This document shows positions 1 through 12,300 of a stretch of DNA of 64,000 nucleotides, piece after piece (positions within the stretch are counted from its first letter, which is position 1; each line of letters opens with the position of its first letter). Made by a program: the position numbers and the translations under genes. The notes under the pieces were generated by a model. That model was not told where the DNA came from, made no database searches, and worked only from the letters and a program-made list of their open reading frames with translations. Origin of the DNA: Paraspadella gotoi (taxonomy: Eukaryota > Animalia > Chaetognatha). Location of the stretch: assembly GCA_051294375.1 (NCBI GenBank), contig CM119269.1:7139066-7203065 (forward strand). The letters run 5' to 3'.

Positions 1-27
1 TCTTAATCCTAAAACTAATTTTCGACT

Positions 28-90
28 GTCAGGAACAGTTGCACGTAAAGTAAAAGGTCTCGGGATCGAGTCCGGGTCGGTGCTCTATTA
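28..90 (+). mobile_element. Degenerate tRNA-like (SINE head) remnant; copies at ~765-825 (-) and ~28745-28798 (+)
   Basis: TTGCACGTAAAGTAAAAGGTCTCGGGATCGAGTCCGGGTCGG resembles an anticodon arm, AGGTC and a T-arm with a B-box-like GGATCGAGTCC. No A-box or acceptor stem is visible. Confidence 0.35.
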
Positions 91-879
91 TTTATATAAA
101 GTTGGTTATTGATATTTGCTATGAAACTGAGTTCATCTTAAACTGATGACTATTTCGTCTACTGGATCGATACTGAAGAAGGGGGAAATGGGCAACCGGA
201 AAGGAAAAGCGGTTGATGGTAGTTAATTAGAGTGGAGAAAATTAGAAGGCAGAAAAAAGGCGAAAAGGGAGACGGCAATTTGAGCATGAAGACGAGGAGA
301 GGGAAACGAACGAGTAAGAAGAGAGATAAGAAATGGAGGGAGAGAGAGAGAGGAGGGAAGAGAGACGAGGAGTGGAAAGAGGAGGAGAGAAGAGAGAGAG
401 AGGGGAGTGGAGAAAGAGAGGGGGGGGGGAGTGTGGAGAGAGGGAGGGATTGGGGCGGGATGAGAGAGATGATGAGAATTGGAGGCGGGCGAGGAGCGTG
501 GAGGGAGTGAGTGAGGAAGAGGAGGGAGTGAGAAGGAGAGCAGAGAACGAGGAGGAAGAGAGGTAGTGGACGATAGGAGGGGAGAGAGAGGAGAGAGAAG
601 AGAGAGAGAGGAGGAGCGTGTAAACAGTTAAAATAAGACTATGAAAAAAGAAAGATAAGGTTAGTTCAGGTTTTTTATCGATTCCAGTTAGACGAAATAG
701 TCATCAGTTTAGGATAACTTCAGGTTTCCATAGCAATATCAATAACCAACTTTATATAAATTGAGAGCACCGACCTCGGACTCGATTCCCGAGACTTTTC
801 TTTCACGTTGCACTGTTCTGGCACAGATCGAAAAATTTAGTCTTTTAGATTAAGATAATTTATTAATTTTTTATTTGAT

Positions 880-1145
880 CCCTCTCCCAACGCATGCCGG
901 CCTAGCCTCCATGCTAAGCCACGCCAAAAGCAGCGCCAGAAGCCACTTCGGACGCGTCATTCTACGCACACTGCGCCGCACTCTCCACGTGACTTCCGTC
1001 ACCTTCATTTGGCGATCACCCAGGTCGTCGAAGTCACAAAAAACGTCACCAACGCTTTGACCGTTCGCGGACGGGCGCCGTCAGCTGACTGCCCGACGGG
1101 AAAATGGCGCCCCACTAAATGCGCCGCTCGTTGTCACGTGTGACT
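880..1145. promoter_or_regulatory. CpG-rich island with clustered ACGT-core and YY1-like motifs; inverse copy at 28470-28700
   Basis: CCACGTGAC, ACGTCAC, GTCACGTG and AAAATGGCGC within ~250 bp of GC-rich sequence in an AT-rich background. No linked gene identified. Confidence 0.25.
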
Positions 1146-2467
1146 AGGAATTCGAAAAATGATTAAAAGAATCCGAGGAGATTGACGTTCGTCAACCAGC
1201 ATTTTTTTTTTCTTTTGGCCGGGGCGAATCGAAAAATGAAGAGTCGCCTCGAGACGTCGGCCGGTCGATTTGAGGACCCAAAGAAAACGGCCCACGTAAA
1301 GTATAGAGGCGGCCGACAAAAAGTTTGGTAAAAGTGTGTAGACTTGAAGGTCAAAAACTTTGCCGTTCATCTGGGTTGTATTTTGGAAAAAAAAATGATG
1401 ACAATTCGATGTCCTTAATTAAGGACCAAACAAGGACCAAAACAAGCGAATTGGTATTATTGAACATTTACGAACAATGGACACTTGACAAGTCTCTCTG
1501 AGAAGGTAAACATATCGTCATTGCCCATTCAGCTATCGGAGATTGCTTTTGTTAGAAGAATATTCAATCACATTCTATCTTTCACCGTGATGCATCATGG
1601 CCGATTGCTGTCTGGTCTTTCTCTCTCTTCTCTCTCTCTCTCTCTCTCTCTCCTCTCCTCTCTCTCTTCTCTTCTCTCTCCTCTCTCTCTCCTCTCTCTC
1701 TTCCCGATCAGGGCCCAATTTGCCTTTCTAATTTCCGCCCTAATTACGAGGCTAAAATCCTTCGGCAGAGGAGTATTCGTCGTTTTTAAAACCCGTCTCT
1801 TCTTCTTCTTCTTCTCTCTCTCTCCTTCTCTCTCTCTCTCTCCTCTCTCATCTCTCTCTCCCTTCTCTCTCTCTCTACCTCTCTCTTCTCTCTTCCTCTT
1901 TCTCCTCTCTTCTCTCTCTCTCTCTCTCTCTTCTCTCTTTCTCTCTCTCTCTCCAACTTAACATAAAAAAAAAAAATCCTTTCTTCTGTTTCTCTCCCCT
2001 TTTTTTTTTCTTTCTTTTGTTCTCTATTTCAGGCTTTTCTCCCTTCTATTTTTATGGTTTGCATCACCGCTTACCGCCTCGCCGCCGGGCCCTCTTCGCC
2101 TTCGCCGCCTCTGCCGCCACCGCCCCCGCCGCTTCCCCGCCGCCGCCGCCCGCGCTTTCTGCTTCGGCCGCCTCTAGTCTTTCGCTCTCGCAAACAAATG
2201 GAAGATTTTTTTTTTTTTCGGAGAAATCTTTCGTTTTTCATCAAAGGCCGAGCGAGGGCTGACAAAAGAAGAAAACCTGACATCGTCTGCTTTGTTCGGG
2301 AATTCAGTGAAAAAATACATGAGTTAAATTCGGGGATATTTCGAAATTTTTTTTTGAAAGCCTTTTTTCGCTCGATAATTCATTGTCAAGGCTCAGAGTT
2401 ATAACAACCAACTGAGCTTTAGAAGCAAGTGTATACTTATACTACACTATACTCTATATATATATTT

Positions 2468-3290
2468 ATTGAAAATTTGCAAATTACTGTTCACTTTTTT
2501 CTTAATTTTTATATTTTATGAGGATCTTACTGTTATTTATCTTATTATTTTATTCAAATATTTATTGCTGTTCTTTTTCTTAAAATGGTTTTATTTATAT
2601 CTATAATTCAAATTTGGAAGGGGAAGTCAGTTTGTCTTTTCTGGAAATAGAGGGAGATCTATACAACACCAAGGTTTAGATTAATATTCTGTCCTAGTTT
2701 TCTAATAGATATCACACATCATTTCTGTTTAGAAATTTCATTTTTAATGAAAACATCATTAATATCTTAAGAGGCTGAACAGAAAAGGGGTGGAAATGGA
2801 ACTAATTTTTGTGAGGGGGTGACCAAAGTTATATATGATTTTTTTTTTTTTTTTTTTTTTTTACCAATAGGGAATAAGAACTACCATGTAAATTGTATGT
2901 TCTGATAGGGATTATATACCGTGGGAAAGGTATATTAGGCAAACCTCTTATGTCATGAATATTTAATTTTTTAAAGTTTTATTTTTTTATTCTACTTTTT
3001 TAATTGGTTTCTTTTCTGAATATTTTTTACTTTTATTTTATACAATGGGAAGGTCATTCAGTTGGAACGTATACCCTTCATAGATTTCGGCTCTTTAATC
3101 CCATTCCAGCGTATTACTAGGCGAGCCATCACCCAAACTTGGTGATCTCATTCGTTGCTTATCTTTATATTTTAAATGTTATATTCTTTGAATGTTTTTA
3201 TCTGAAACAGACCCAAAGCCCTGGCTTCACCAGTCATCATTAATTTTAGAAGAAATTTTTATTAAGGTTTTGTTAATAATTTGTAATTTG
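2468..3290 (-). repeat. 3' pseudo-LTR of the Naiad element
   Basis: Direct repeat of 6481-7263, e.g. shared GGGGTGACCAAAGTTATATATGA and TACAATGGGAAGGTCAT. Ends on the minus strand in a noisy version of GCAAATTTTCAT followed by (TA)n. Confidence 0.9.
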
Positions 3291-3539
3291 AAATAATAAA
3301 TCGTTAAATAATTAGTTTAATAATAGTTAATAATTTAAGGGTATGTAATGTAAAGTTCAACATTTAAGTTAATTGGTTAAAAGTTAAAAAAATAAATTAA
3401 AATCAGAGAGTTAAATAAGTTAAATAAGTTAAATAGTTATAATAATATTGTTGATGTTTATTATATAATTATTATTTAGTGGTTTATTTTGTTTTTTTCC
3501 TTATCATTTTATTAGGACTATCATGTATAATCTTTTTTG

Positions 3540-6330
3540 AAAATAGATTACATCAGTAACATCTATATTTTTTTTTAGCTCCTTATAATTATTTTGAAAA
3601 ATTTAATCCATTTTTTCTTAAGTCCTCTAAATATATTAAACCCTGGACTGTAGTTTTTGCTTTCTTAAATTTATAGCTCTTGAAGGAACAAATCTTGCTA
3701 AACCGGTCGAACATTATTCTTGCATATCTTATTATTGGCTAATAAAATCACCTTATGTGTGCTTTTTTAGGAATACAACTGTCCCATATGATGGGTAATT
3801 AAACTACTTCAAAGAAAAAGGAATCCCCCCTTTTATCAATAAACAGACAGAGTAAGATTTTTGTTTTCTGATTTAATGTTTAATGTCTAAATAATCTACA
3901 TTTGTCATCTGTACTATTAGATTTATGACAGTAAGTGCTGTCGGCTGGATATATGTTGGCAGATGCATTCTTTAAATCCTTAAAAATCGGCTGAAAAAGG
4001 TCATCAAATATATCCTGACAATTTTTAATTGCTAGCGATCCTAATATATATTTTTTGTCATATTTGCCATAATATTGTTGATTTCCCAAAATAAAATTAA
4101 CACTATTTAGCAATACTTTGACCAGAATCTAGTCAATTTGGTATTCCTAATGTTTGTTTATATATTAGGGGAGCCAAATTTGACCCATAAAACATTATTC
4201 TAAATAAAGTTATCGAGACAATTATTTAATCTCTTCTCAGTAAAAAAATATAACCTATTCTTAGTATTTTGAAAAATATGGCTTTATTATGATTACATTT
4301 ATATATGTTTATTTTCCCTTGAAAAAATTTGTTCTGAATGAAACTCTTTTAGCTTACTCCTTGATTTCATAATTGAGCGAAAAGTGTTGGATATAATGTT
4401 GAAAATCATATGTTCTTTTTAGAAAATCTGTTTTTTAATTGGAGAAATTTTATCAAAAACTCCAAAGAATTATCAAATTATCAGAATGTTTATTCAGATT
4501 TCTGAAAACTACTTGATAGTATACTTTAAGATGATGCCATTAGCCTTTAAACTATTTTTTGAAAAAATGTTTAATTTGCCTTGAGAGAACATTATTTTAG
4601 AGCCAGCTATGTATTCTTTGTTTGTAGGACTTTATGGCATTTTAGGAATAAATAAATATTACGGAAATTCTTTATTTCGTCTTTTTACTTTTAACTCCAT
4701 AATCTTTCACTAAATTAGCTATTCTATTTATTGATAATTTCAGCCGGTTTCATTATTTGAAGTTATATGATTGTGGAGTTCTATTAATTCTCTTTTAAAT
4801 CTTTTGTAACTGAATTTTTTACATGTAAAAATGATATTGTTTGTTGAGCTTTGTCCGCTTGGTGTTATTATAAAATTATCTTGTAACATATTTAGTTCAG
4901 TTTTAAGAACCGTAATTTTTACTAATGGGAATTGTATTTTTAACTTTATTCTTGCCATATTTCTATCCGTTTTTTTAACTAAATTAAAATTCTTTTTTCA
5001 TACATTTTAAAACATTAATATTTATATTTGGTCTTTATTGGCCTGATTTTTTCTTTTTCTATCCAATCTTTAGCATATATATCTATTGATAGTTTTGCAT
5101 ATTATCCATATTTTATTTATCCAATTTATTTTTCTAGATAGTCTTATATTTTGGCCCTTTTTTCAAATTTTTTAAAATTTTCATTTCTCTATTATATTCA
5201 AATTACCTTGTTGATAATATGGTTTATTGATTGCTGGGTCTTTATAGTAGGAATTTTCCGCAGTCACAGACCATTAAATTTATATTAATATTATTTAACA
5301 TCTCATTTTGCAAGCATTTTTTTAAATTAATATTTAACCTGCTATGCTCTTTATCTATATTCTATATCCTATTATTGGGGGTTCCTGTAATTAAAATATA
5401 TTGGTATTTGTTTTGTATGGTTTCACTATTTTAAATTCCCACTACAGATTAATATAAAGTCACAGCTTTATCTATGAAGTTTAATGTGGTAATTTCTTTT
5501 TTTATTTTTTCTGGTTAAACTGGTTAAATGTTCGTATAAGCCTGATATCATTATAATTGCTATCTCGTAAATTTCATATATTCATTATCATTCTATTTCT
5601 ACTTTCATTGTTATTAAAATTAATAATTTTCCTCGTGGGCAACTACTAAAGATATGTTTAATATAATGCATGTGAGTATCTTGATTTTTTAAATTATATT
5701 TATAAATTTTTAAAAAGTTAAGAGTAAAATATTGCCTGGTCTTCTATTTTTTGGTTTTCTATTTTCCACATTGTGATCGCTTTTTTCTCTTTGCTATTTT
5801 CCAATATTCTGATAGTTTTGCTGAAGATGGTACAAAATTCCCTATACCTTTTTAAATCTTACATTTAATCCAAAAGGGGTAAAGATGATTTTTGAAATTT
5901 TTTTTCCCAATGTGCTTCCCTTCTGTCTTAATTTATTTTGATTTATTATATTATTCATTGGTCTAATTTTTTCTATTGGTATAATTCTTAAGTTTTCTAG
6001 ACCATGATTTTCATGTTAAAATGTTGATGGATAATTTGAGAACTTTTTTTCCCTGACCTAATGAATGTTTTATGACGTTAACCCTTATTTCTTAAACTAT
6101 TCTTTGTTTCTCCTATTATTTGCTATTGAACAGATATGACATGATATTAAAATATATTATATTCATGTATTACAGTTTAAAATATTTTGGCCATTTAAAT
6201 TTATTGGAATAAATATGTAATATTTGTTGATTAGATTTAATAAAAAATTACATTCCTTGGAATAAAGGGACAAGTTGCCGCAACCTATTTTGTGCATTTT
6301 TTGTATATTGTGATTAAGGCCATAGGTTAA
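3540..6330 (-). pseudogene. Naiad EN-RT polyprotein, frameshifted (many indels probably long-read errors)
   Basis: Manual minus-strand translation across indels. Endonuclease: KCTKxRCATCP (~6270-6300), NIIYLISCHICxxQYIGETKNSL (~6095-6165), HFNxxNHGLENLRIIPIEK, PFGLN (~5862-5880). Linker: CDCGxxYYKDPxHxHIxTGNLNII (CxC at 5260-5268), KKGPKYR (~5150). RT: PxDKAxNNIIFTCKK (~4815-4865), PKMHKxPTKxRYIAGS (~4600-4650), TYDFSTLY (motif A, ~4390-4412), YKQTLGIP (motif B, ~4140-4172), RYIDDL (motif C, ~4000-4015), IYPAD, DKRxDxFFEVVNYP (~3790-3838), SQxIRYARI (~3715-3742). Confidence 0.88.
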
Positions 6331-6480
6331 CAAGACAGTGGTGACAATATTATGAAATATTCTGTTAATTTATTCATATTTTGATTTTTCAAGTATATTG
6401 AAAAAAAGGAAAATACCATTAAGATTAAATCGGGACATTTCTATGCTCCGCCGCATTAAAATTCAGGGTACTATTATCTT

Positions 6481-7263
6481 ATGAAAATTTGCAATATTAC
6501 TTGTTTCACTATTTTTCTATTCTTTATATTTTATGAAGGATTTAGTATTAATCTTATTTATTTATTCAAATGATATATTCTTTCTTCTTAAAAAATGTTT
6601 TTATTATACTAATATCCAATTCTGGGAAGGGAATCAGTGTTTGTTCTTCTGGAAATAGAGGGAGCGCATCTATACAACACAAGGTTTAGATTACTATCTG
6701 CCTAGTTTTTAATAGATATTCAACACATATTACTGTTTAGTAAATTAAAATCATAATACTCTAAGACGGCGACAGAAGGGGTGGGAATGGACTTAATTTT
6801 TATTGAGGGGTGACCAAAGTTATATATGATTTTTTTTTATTTTTTTTTTACCAATAGGGATAAGACTTACCTGGTAGAATTGTTATGTTCTGATAGGGAT
6901 TACATACCGGGGAAAGGTCTATAGGGGGACCTTTATGTCATTGAATATAATTTAAAGTTATATTTTTCTTTATTCTACTTTTTATCTGTTTCTTTTTGAA
7001 TATTTTATCTTTTTATTTTATACAATGGGAAGGTCATCAAGTTGGGAAACCTATTACCCTTCATGCGGATTTTCGGCTCGTTTAATTCCCAATATCCAGG
7101 TATAGGCGAGCATCACCATAAATGGTTGATCCTTCATTGTTGCTCCATCTTATATTTTAATGTATATCTTGAATGTTTTTCTGAAACAGAACCAAAGCCC
7201 TGGGCTTCACAGATCATAATTTTAGAGACAATTTTATTAAGGTTTTGTAATAATTTGAATTTG
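6481..7263 (-). repeat. 5' pseudo-LTR (upstream partial-tandem copy) of the Naiad element
   Basis: Direct repeat of 2468-3290. Its terminus CAAATTTTCAT is fused directly to the element's 5' leader (6480 down to 6431). Confidence 0.9.
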
Positions 7264-7663
7264 TATTTAATATTATACTATAATTATAGTCTTTGACGAT
7301 TTAGTAATTTACCTCTTCGCGATATTGGACCTCAGACAGATAATCAACATTCGAAAAATACGTGCAATTTAGACGATAGAACCCTTTTTCTGTTAACAAT
7401 TTTAATCTCTTATCCTTTAAATTAAACTTAGTGTTCCTGATAGCGATTACTGGACAAGCGGAGAACTGGAGACAGACAAAAAAGTTGAGGATTAATAAAG
7501 TCACGCCCTCGTTGTTTTCCCATCCCCCAAGTTCTCTCTACGTTCGTTTTCTTCACTGCCACCGATTTTTCTTTCCTTCCATTCTCCTGCTTCCTCTTTC
7601 GTTACTTACTCGATGTTTTTCTACTCTTTCGTTACATAACTTCTTCTTCCTTCCTATTTGCTC

Positions 7664-7714
<51 letters not shown>

Positions 7715-7720
7715 ATCTCT

Positions 7721-7756
<36 letters not shown>

Positions 7757-8379
7757 TCTGGGCTCCTCGAGCGGCATGTTTTTACAGGATTGAGAACTTT
7801 CTGCGTTTTGTTCCTTTGGGATTCGTTTTCGAGGGCGGAGGCGGTGAAGGTGACAAACGAAAGTCGCAATCGAGATGAGAAGTGACTAAGGCGATTAAGA
7901 AGAAAGAATTTAAAGTGAAAGTGATAAGCGATGAGGAATGAAAGATTTAAAGTGAAGGAGTGATTAATGTTGATGAAAAGGCATTTAGGATATAATGTGG
8001 AAACGCACGTTAAAAGTTACTAACATAAAGAAGAGAACATAAAAAAGATTTAAAGATGAGAGAGAAATGATAAAAAAGTACATGAAGAGAAAAGAATTAA
8101 AAGTGAGAGTGACTTAAGTTCTATGAAAGGATAAGTGGTTTAAATGTGAATTAAGAGCGAAGGATTATTAATTGAGAATTTATTAAATGTGATGAAAGAA
8201 CGAGGAGTAAATAAAAAAATGATTGTAAGTCCGGTGAGAGAAAAGTGGTTTTTAGAATAATGTTAAGGGAATTAGGACTCTTTTAAAAATGCTCTCAAAG
8301 ACAAGTCCGCTCTCAGGAAATAAGGTATGATATTATATCGATACTTAAGGGCTGTTAGAGATATACGGAGATGATAAAT

Positions 8380-8720
8380 TAGGCGTGAAAAAGAAAGGGT
8401 GAAAGTAAGCGGGGGTGATTAATCAGGGCAGCTGAAGAAAGGCTGCTTGAATGTTAGCGGAGTGTAAAATCAGGGTAGTGAAGAAAGGCTGTGAAGTTAG
8501 CGGAGAGGTAAATCGGGGCAGTGAGAAAGAAGGCTGTTGAAGTTAGCGGAAGTGAAAATCAGGTAAGTGATGAAAGGCTGTGAAGTTGTGCCGGAGTGTT
8601 TAGTGGCTATATAAAGGGCAGTGAAGAAAGGGCTTTGAAGTAAGCGGAGCTGGGTAAATTCAGGGCATTGAGTTAAGCGGTAGGAGTGATTAAGATCAGG
8701 GCAGTGAAAAAGGTAGAGTG
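8380..8720 (+). repeat. ~42-46 bp minisatellite; inverse copy at ~25340-25600
   Basis: About seven units like ATCAGGGCAGTGAAGAAAGGCTGTGAAGTTAGCGGAGTG, with more degenerate AT-rich relatives upstream at 7900-8350. Confidence 0.8.
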
Positions 8721-11700
8721 TTAGAGCGTAAAGAAGAAAGGGAGAAAGATGAGAGCGAGTATTGGGGATTATGAATGAAATATGATACTAGGATAAATCA
8801 TTTTCTTCTTTCAAAAAAGTTTTGTCTATCACGTAACAACCCATTCGTTCGCCACCAATGCTACCCAATGGCTCACCAAACGTCCTGTAATCGGGTATTA
8901 AGACAAGTCACTTTCTTTTTTCCCTTACCTGTTAGATTAGATATATATTAGATTTAGATTAGACTGTTGAGTACACTGCAGTTCACCGTTCGACTTGAGC
9001 GACTAAAAGGGTTTAAGATTGGAATTTTTCTTCTTTTTCGGTTTTGAGGGCAGAAAAAAAAAAAACTTAGAATCGAGCGCGAAAAACGAGAACTTTGCAT
9101 TGATGTTTAGCGGAGAGAGGAGGGAGGATCGGGAAAGGAGGGCGAGGCGCTGAAAGAGGAGATAGGGTGGGTGGTTGCGGGAGAAGAAAGGCGAGGGAAC
9201 GAGGGGAAGAGATCTTGGTGAACGAGTAAAGATAATGAGCTAATCGGAAAAACTTTAGAAAAGAAAAAAAAAAAGGGAAGAATTTTTAAAAGAAAAAGAG
9301 GGGGGAATTATATTGATTAAAAGGAAAAAGAAGTGACACGAGAAGGCGAGATGGGGATTAGAGAAGGGCAAGAAAAATAAGGAAAGTCTATGCGTCGCAT
9401 TGGAATTCATTAAAAATGATGAACGCGCTGACGGGATAGGAAGGAGAAATTTGAAGATTAAAAGAGAAAGGGAAGTGTTTGTGGTGATGGTGATGTTCAA
9501 AACGAGCGAAAGGAAAAACTTTTTAACTCCTTCCTTTTTTTTCTCTCTTTTCAATTGGACGCTCGACAAGAATTTGTGTAAACGTCGAGGCGCGAGGTGA
9601 TAAAGTCGGGTCGCCGTTTTTGCGAGATCTTGTTTGGAGTGAGAAGAGGTTGCGAGCGAAGAAAAGCGAACAATTGAGAAATGGGGAAATATGCATGCAA
9701 AAGAAGTTAAGCAATGGATCGGATGAATAGAATATATAAGATAATTGACTGGGTGAGGAAACAGGTCGAGTGAAAGGGAGGAAAGGTCGTTCAGTGGAAA
9801 CGAGAATTTTAAAAAGAGGTTCGTTTTGTGACAATAAAATGCATGAGAATTAAAATCTAAAGAAAGTACCGCGGACAAGGAATGAAAACATAATAAAAGG
9901 AGAAAATTAGAACAAGTAGAGAAAAGAGTAGTTTGTGATGCCGATTTGTGATAATGAAGACGGGGGTTTAAGGCATTGAGTAAGAATCAAGGGAGATGAA
10001 GTTAAAACAGAAATGGAAAAAATAAATGAATAAATAGAAAAATGAATAAATTAAATGATTGAAGCGAGTATATAAGGAAAATCGAAACTCGAAAGTTAAA
10101 CAGAGCACGAATTTCATTGAGAGAGAGTGTTGTATGTGAGAAGAGAGAGAGAGAGAGAGATAGAGAGGAGAGAGAGGATGAGAGCAAAGAGAATTAAGAG
10201 AGAGAGAGGAGAAGAGAGAGAGAGGAGAGAGACGAGAGAGTGAGAGAGGAGAGAGCAGAGAGATAGAGACGGAAACCATGAGAAAAGAGCAAGAAGAAAT
10301 GGGCGGGCTTTAAGATAGGTGGGGAAGACAAGGAGAGAGAGAGAGAGCAGAGAGAGAGAGAGATGAGATGAGAGAGAGGAGAGAGAGAGAGAGGAAGAGA
10401 GGAGAGGAGAGGAGAGAGAGATCTTCTCGACTCGAAATACCTTTTATGGATTGAGCGGATCGAAGAGCGTATGAACGGAGATATTGAAGAGTCTGGATCT
10501 TAAATTTGCTTCTGAAGTCTGTTGACGGTAGTCATTGCGGTCGTCGTCGTCGCGTCGTCGTCGTCTCGTCGTCGGTATATCAATTCTTCTCTTGGGTTTT
10601 TTTCCGTCTCATCGATTCCGATCCGTATTTTGGATTTTTTCGGGTGAGAGAATTAAACTGATTTTAAAAAATCAAAGACGACTAACCGAACGAACGAACG
10701 AACCAAACGACAAAAAACTGACAACCTTCATAGATGATTTATGGAAACCGTCTGTACCCCAATTTTGTGCGATGAAAGAAATAGCGACTGAGTTATTATG
10801 CTTAAAAAATATTAAATTAAATCAAAAACTACTTCAGGGAGACCATTAACTTACTCTCTCTAGTCTCTGTAAACTATCCAACCTATTCGCTCTAACAAAT
10901 CGTCAATTAGAGTCGTTGAATCACCCTGTCTATTCTTAGAGTCCCCGAAATTTCTCTCTCTCTCTCTCTCTCTACTCTTTTCTTTCTCTCTCTCTGTTCT
11001 CTCTCTCTTCTCCTCTCTTCTCTCTCTCTCCTCTCTCTTCTCTCTCTCTGCTCTCCCTTCTCTCTCTATCGCTCTATTTCATCTGTCTCAATGATCCTAA
11101 CTTTTCTTTTTCGCAGTTCAATTCCTTTTTTCAATTCCTTTCTTTTTCATTTCTTTTCATTTCTTTTCACAAACACATTTTTTAAACCACTACCTGTCAT
11201 CCAAACTTCTTTTTCTTTCCCTCTCAGTCACAACAATCGGTCTACTTTTCCTTTCATCTGTTCCCATCTACTTTTCCATCTCCCCAACCCATTTCCCTTC
11301 CTATATTATCTTATTCTCCTCCTGGACTTTTTTCTGCTTTCGTTTTCCCTCGGTCAGCTCATTCCTATTGTTTTATCTAGACCTCTTCTCGTCTCTCTCT
11401 CTCTCTCTCTCTCTCGTTCTCTTCTCTCTCTCTCTCTCTCTCTCTCCTTCTCTCTCTCTCTCTCTCTCAGGACGACGCGTGTCTCCATCTTTGTTCCAGG
11501 CATCGTTCGGACTTTTCAGCCACCCGAAAACGTCTCTTCTTTGTGTGGCCCATTCCCTCAACCCGCCGACCTTCAAATGGCCACCTCCACCCCAATTCCC
11601 CACCACCCCTACTACTTCGCGATTCGCACGAGCCATGAATTTTAGAATTTCGGTTCGGCCTGAGAGAGTGGGAGGAAGAGGAGAGAGGAGGAGGGAGAAA

Positions 11701-12039
11701 GGAAAGGAGGAAGGGAGAAAAGGTAGAAGAGAAAGAATTAAGTCGCGTACGACAATTCTTGAAAGGAAGACTGAGTAGAAAATTGAAAGAATGGAGCTGG
11801 GGAATATTAAAAAAAGATGAAAATGACAGACGAGCAAGGAAAAAAATATAACAGACGAAGATGGGAGAGAAGAGAAAAGATGGAAAGCGAAAAGAGAGTA
11901 TTATTATCAAAAAGAATGAGAAGAAAAGAAGGAAAACTGAAATCGAAGAAGGAATTTCTCAATTTAAAAAGGTTGAAAGGAGTTTTTTTTTAAAACTTTC
12001 CGCCCAAAAAAATCTCCTCCCATCGTCCGAACGTAGGTG

Positions 12040-12300
12040 GGTTAGGACTTAGAGCTAAAAGAAGGCATTGGGAATGAGACCGGGTGAGAGTTAAGGCGCG
12101 GTTAAGATTTAGGGTTGAGGTTGTCAGGTTTCTCAGGCCTTAAAGGTTAAATAAGGGCTTAAGGCTTTAGGTTAAGCTAAGGCTAAGGCTCAGGTTTAGT
12201 GCGAAGGGCTGATATTTAGTGTGTAGCCTATGGGTTTAATGCTAGGGTTTAGCCTCTGAGGCCAAGTAGTTGAGACTAAGGGGCTGCGGCTGAGTATGAG
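12040..12300 (+). repeat. Degenerate telomere-like TTAGG(G)/TTAAGG/CTAAGG tract; inverse copy at 21770-22015
   Basis: Runs such as TTTAGGGTTGAGG, GGCTTAAGGCTTTAGGTTAAGCTAAGGCTAAGG and CTAGGGTTTAG. Confidence 0.6.

Larger units (their letters stand above)
2468..7263 (-). mobile_element. Penelope-like retroelement of the Naiad type (N-terminal GIY-YIG endonuclease, CxC linker, reverse transcriptase) with direct pseudo-LTRs
   Basis: About 800 bp direct repeats (2468-3290 and 6481-7263) flank a frameshifted minus-strand ORF with endonuclease upstream of RT. The whole insert is absent from the duplicate copy of the locus (26640-27360), which fixes its boundaries. It sits in a TATAC/TA-rich site. 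Confidence 0.9.

Noticed and set aside
28-90. Functional tRNA gene
   Set aside because: Only an anticodon and T-arm-like half is present, with no D-arm, A-box or acceptor stem.
125-180. Hammerhead ribozyme (CTGATGA...CGATAC; also at 28855-28890)
   Set aside because: All three copies read GATA where GAAA is required, and no clean stem II forms.
1-860. Foldback or MITE element with 175 bp terminal inverted repeats
   Set aside because: The right arm continues seamlessly as part of the 14 kb inverted duplicate, so the hairpin comes from the assembly junction at ~175.
3540-6330. Selenoprotein-type Naiad (in-frame UGA at conserved cysteines, plus SECIS)
   Set aside because: The conserved cysteine positions I could read (CTKxRCxxC, NCN, SCHIC, CDC, FTCKK) are all TGT or TGC. 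The TGA near GIP looks like an indel error, and ATGA...AA...GA near 3200-3243 and 7180-7220 does not form a convincing SECIS stem.
2468-7263. LTR retrotransposon
   Set aside because: The direct repeats lack TG...CA ends, there is no gag, protease or integrase, and the RT and GIY-YIG motifs are PLE-type.
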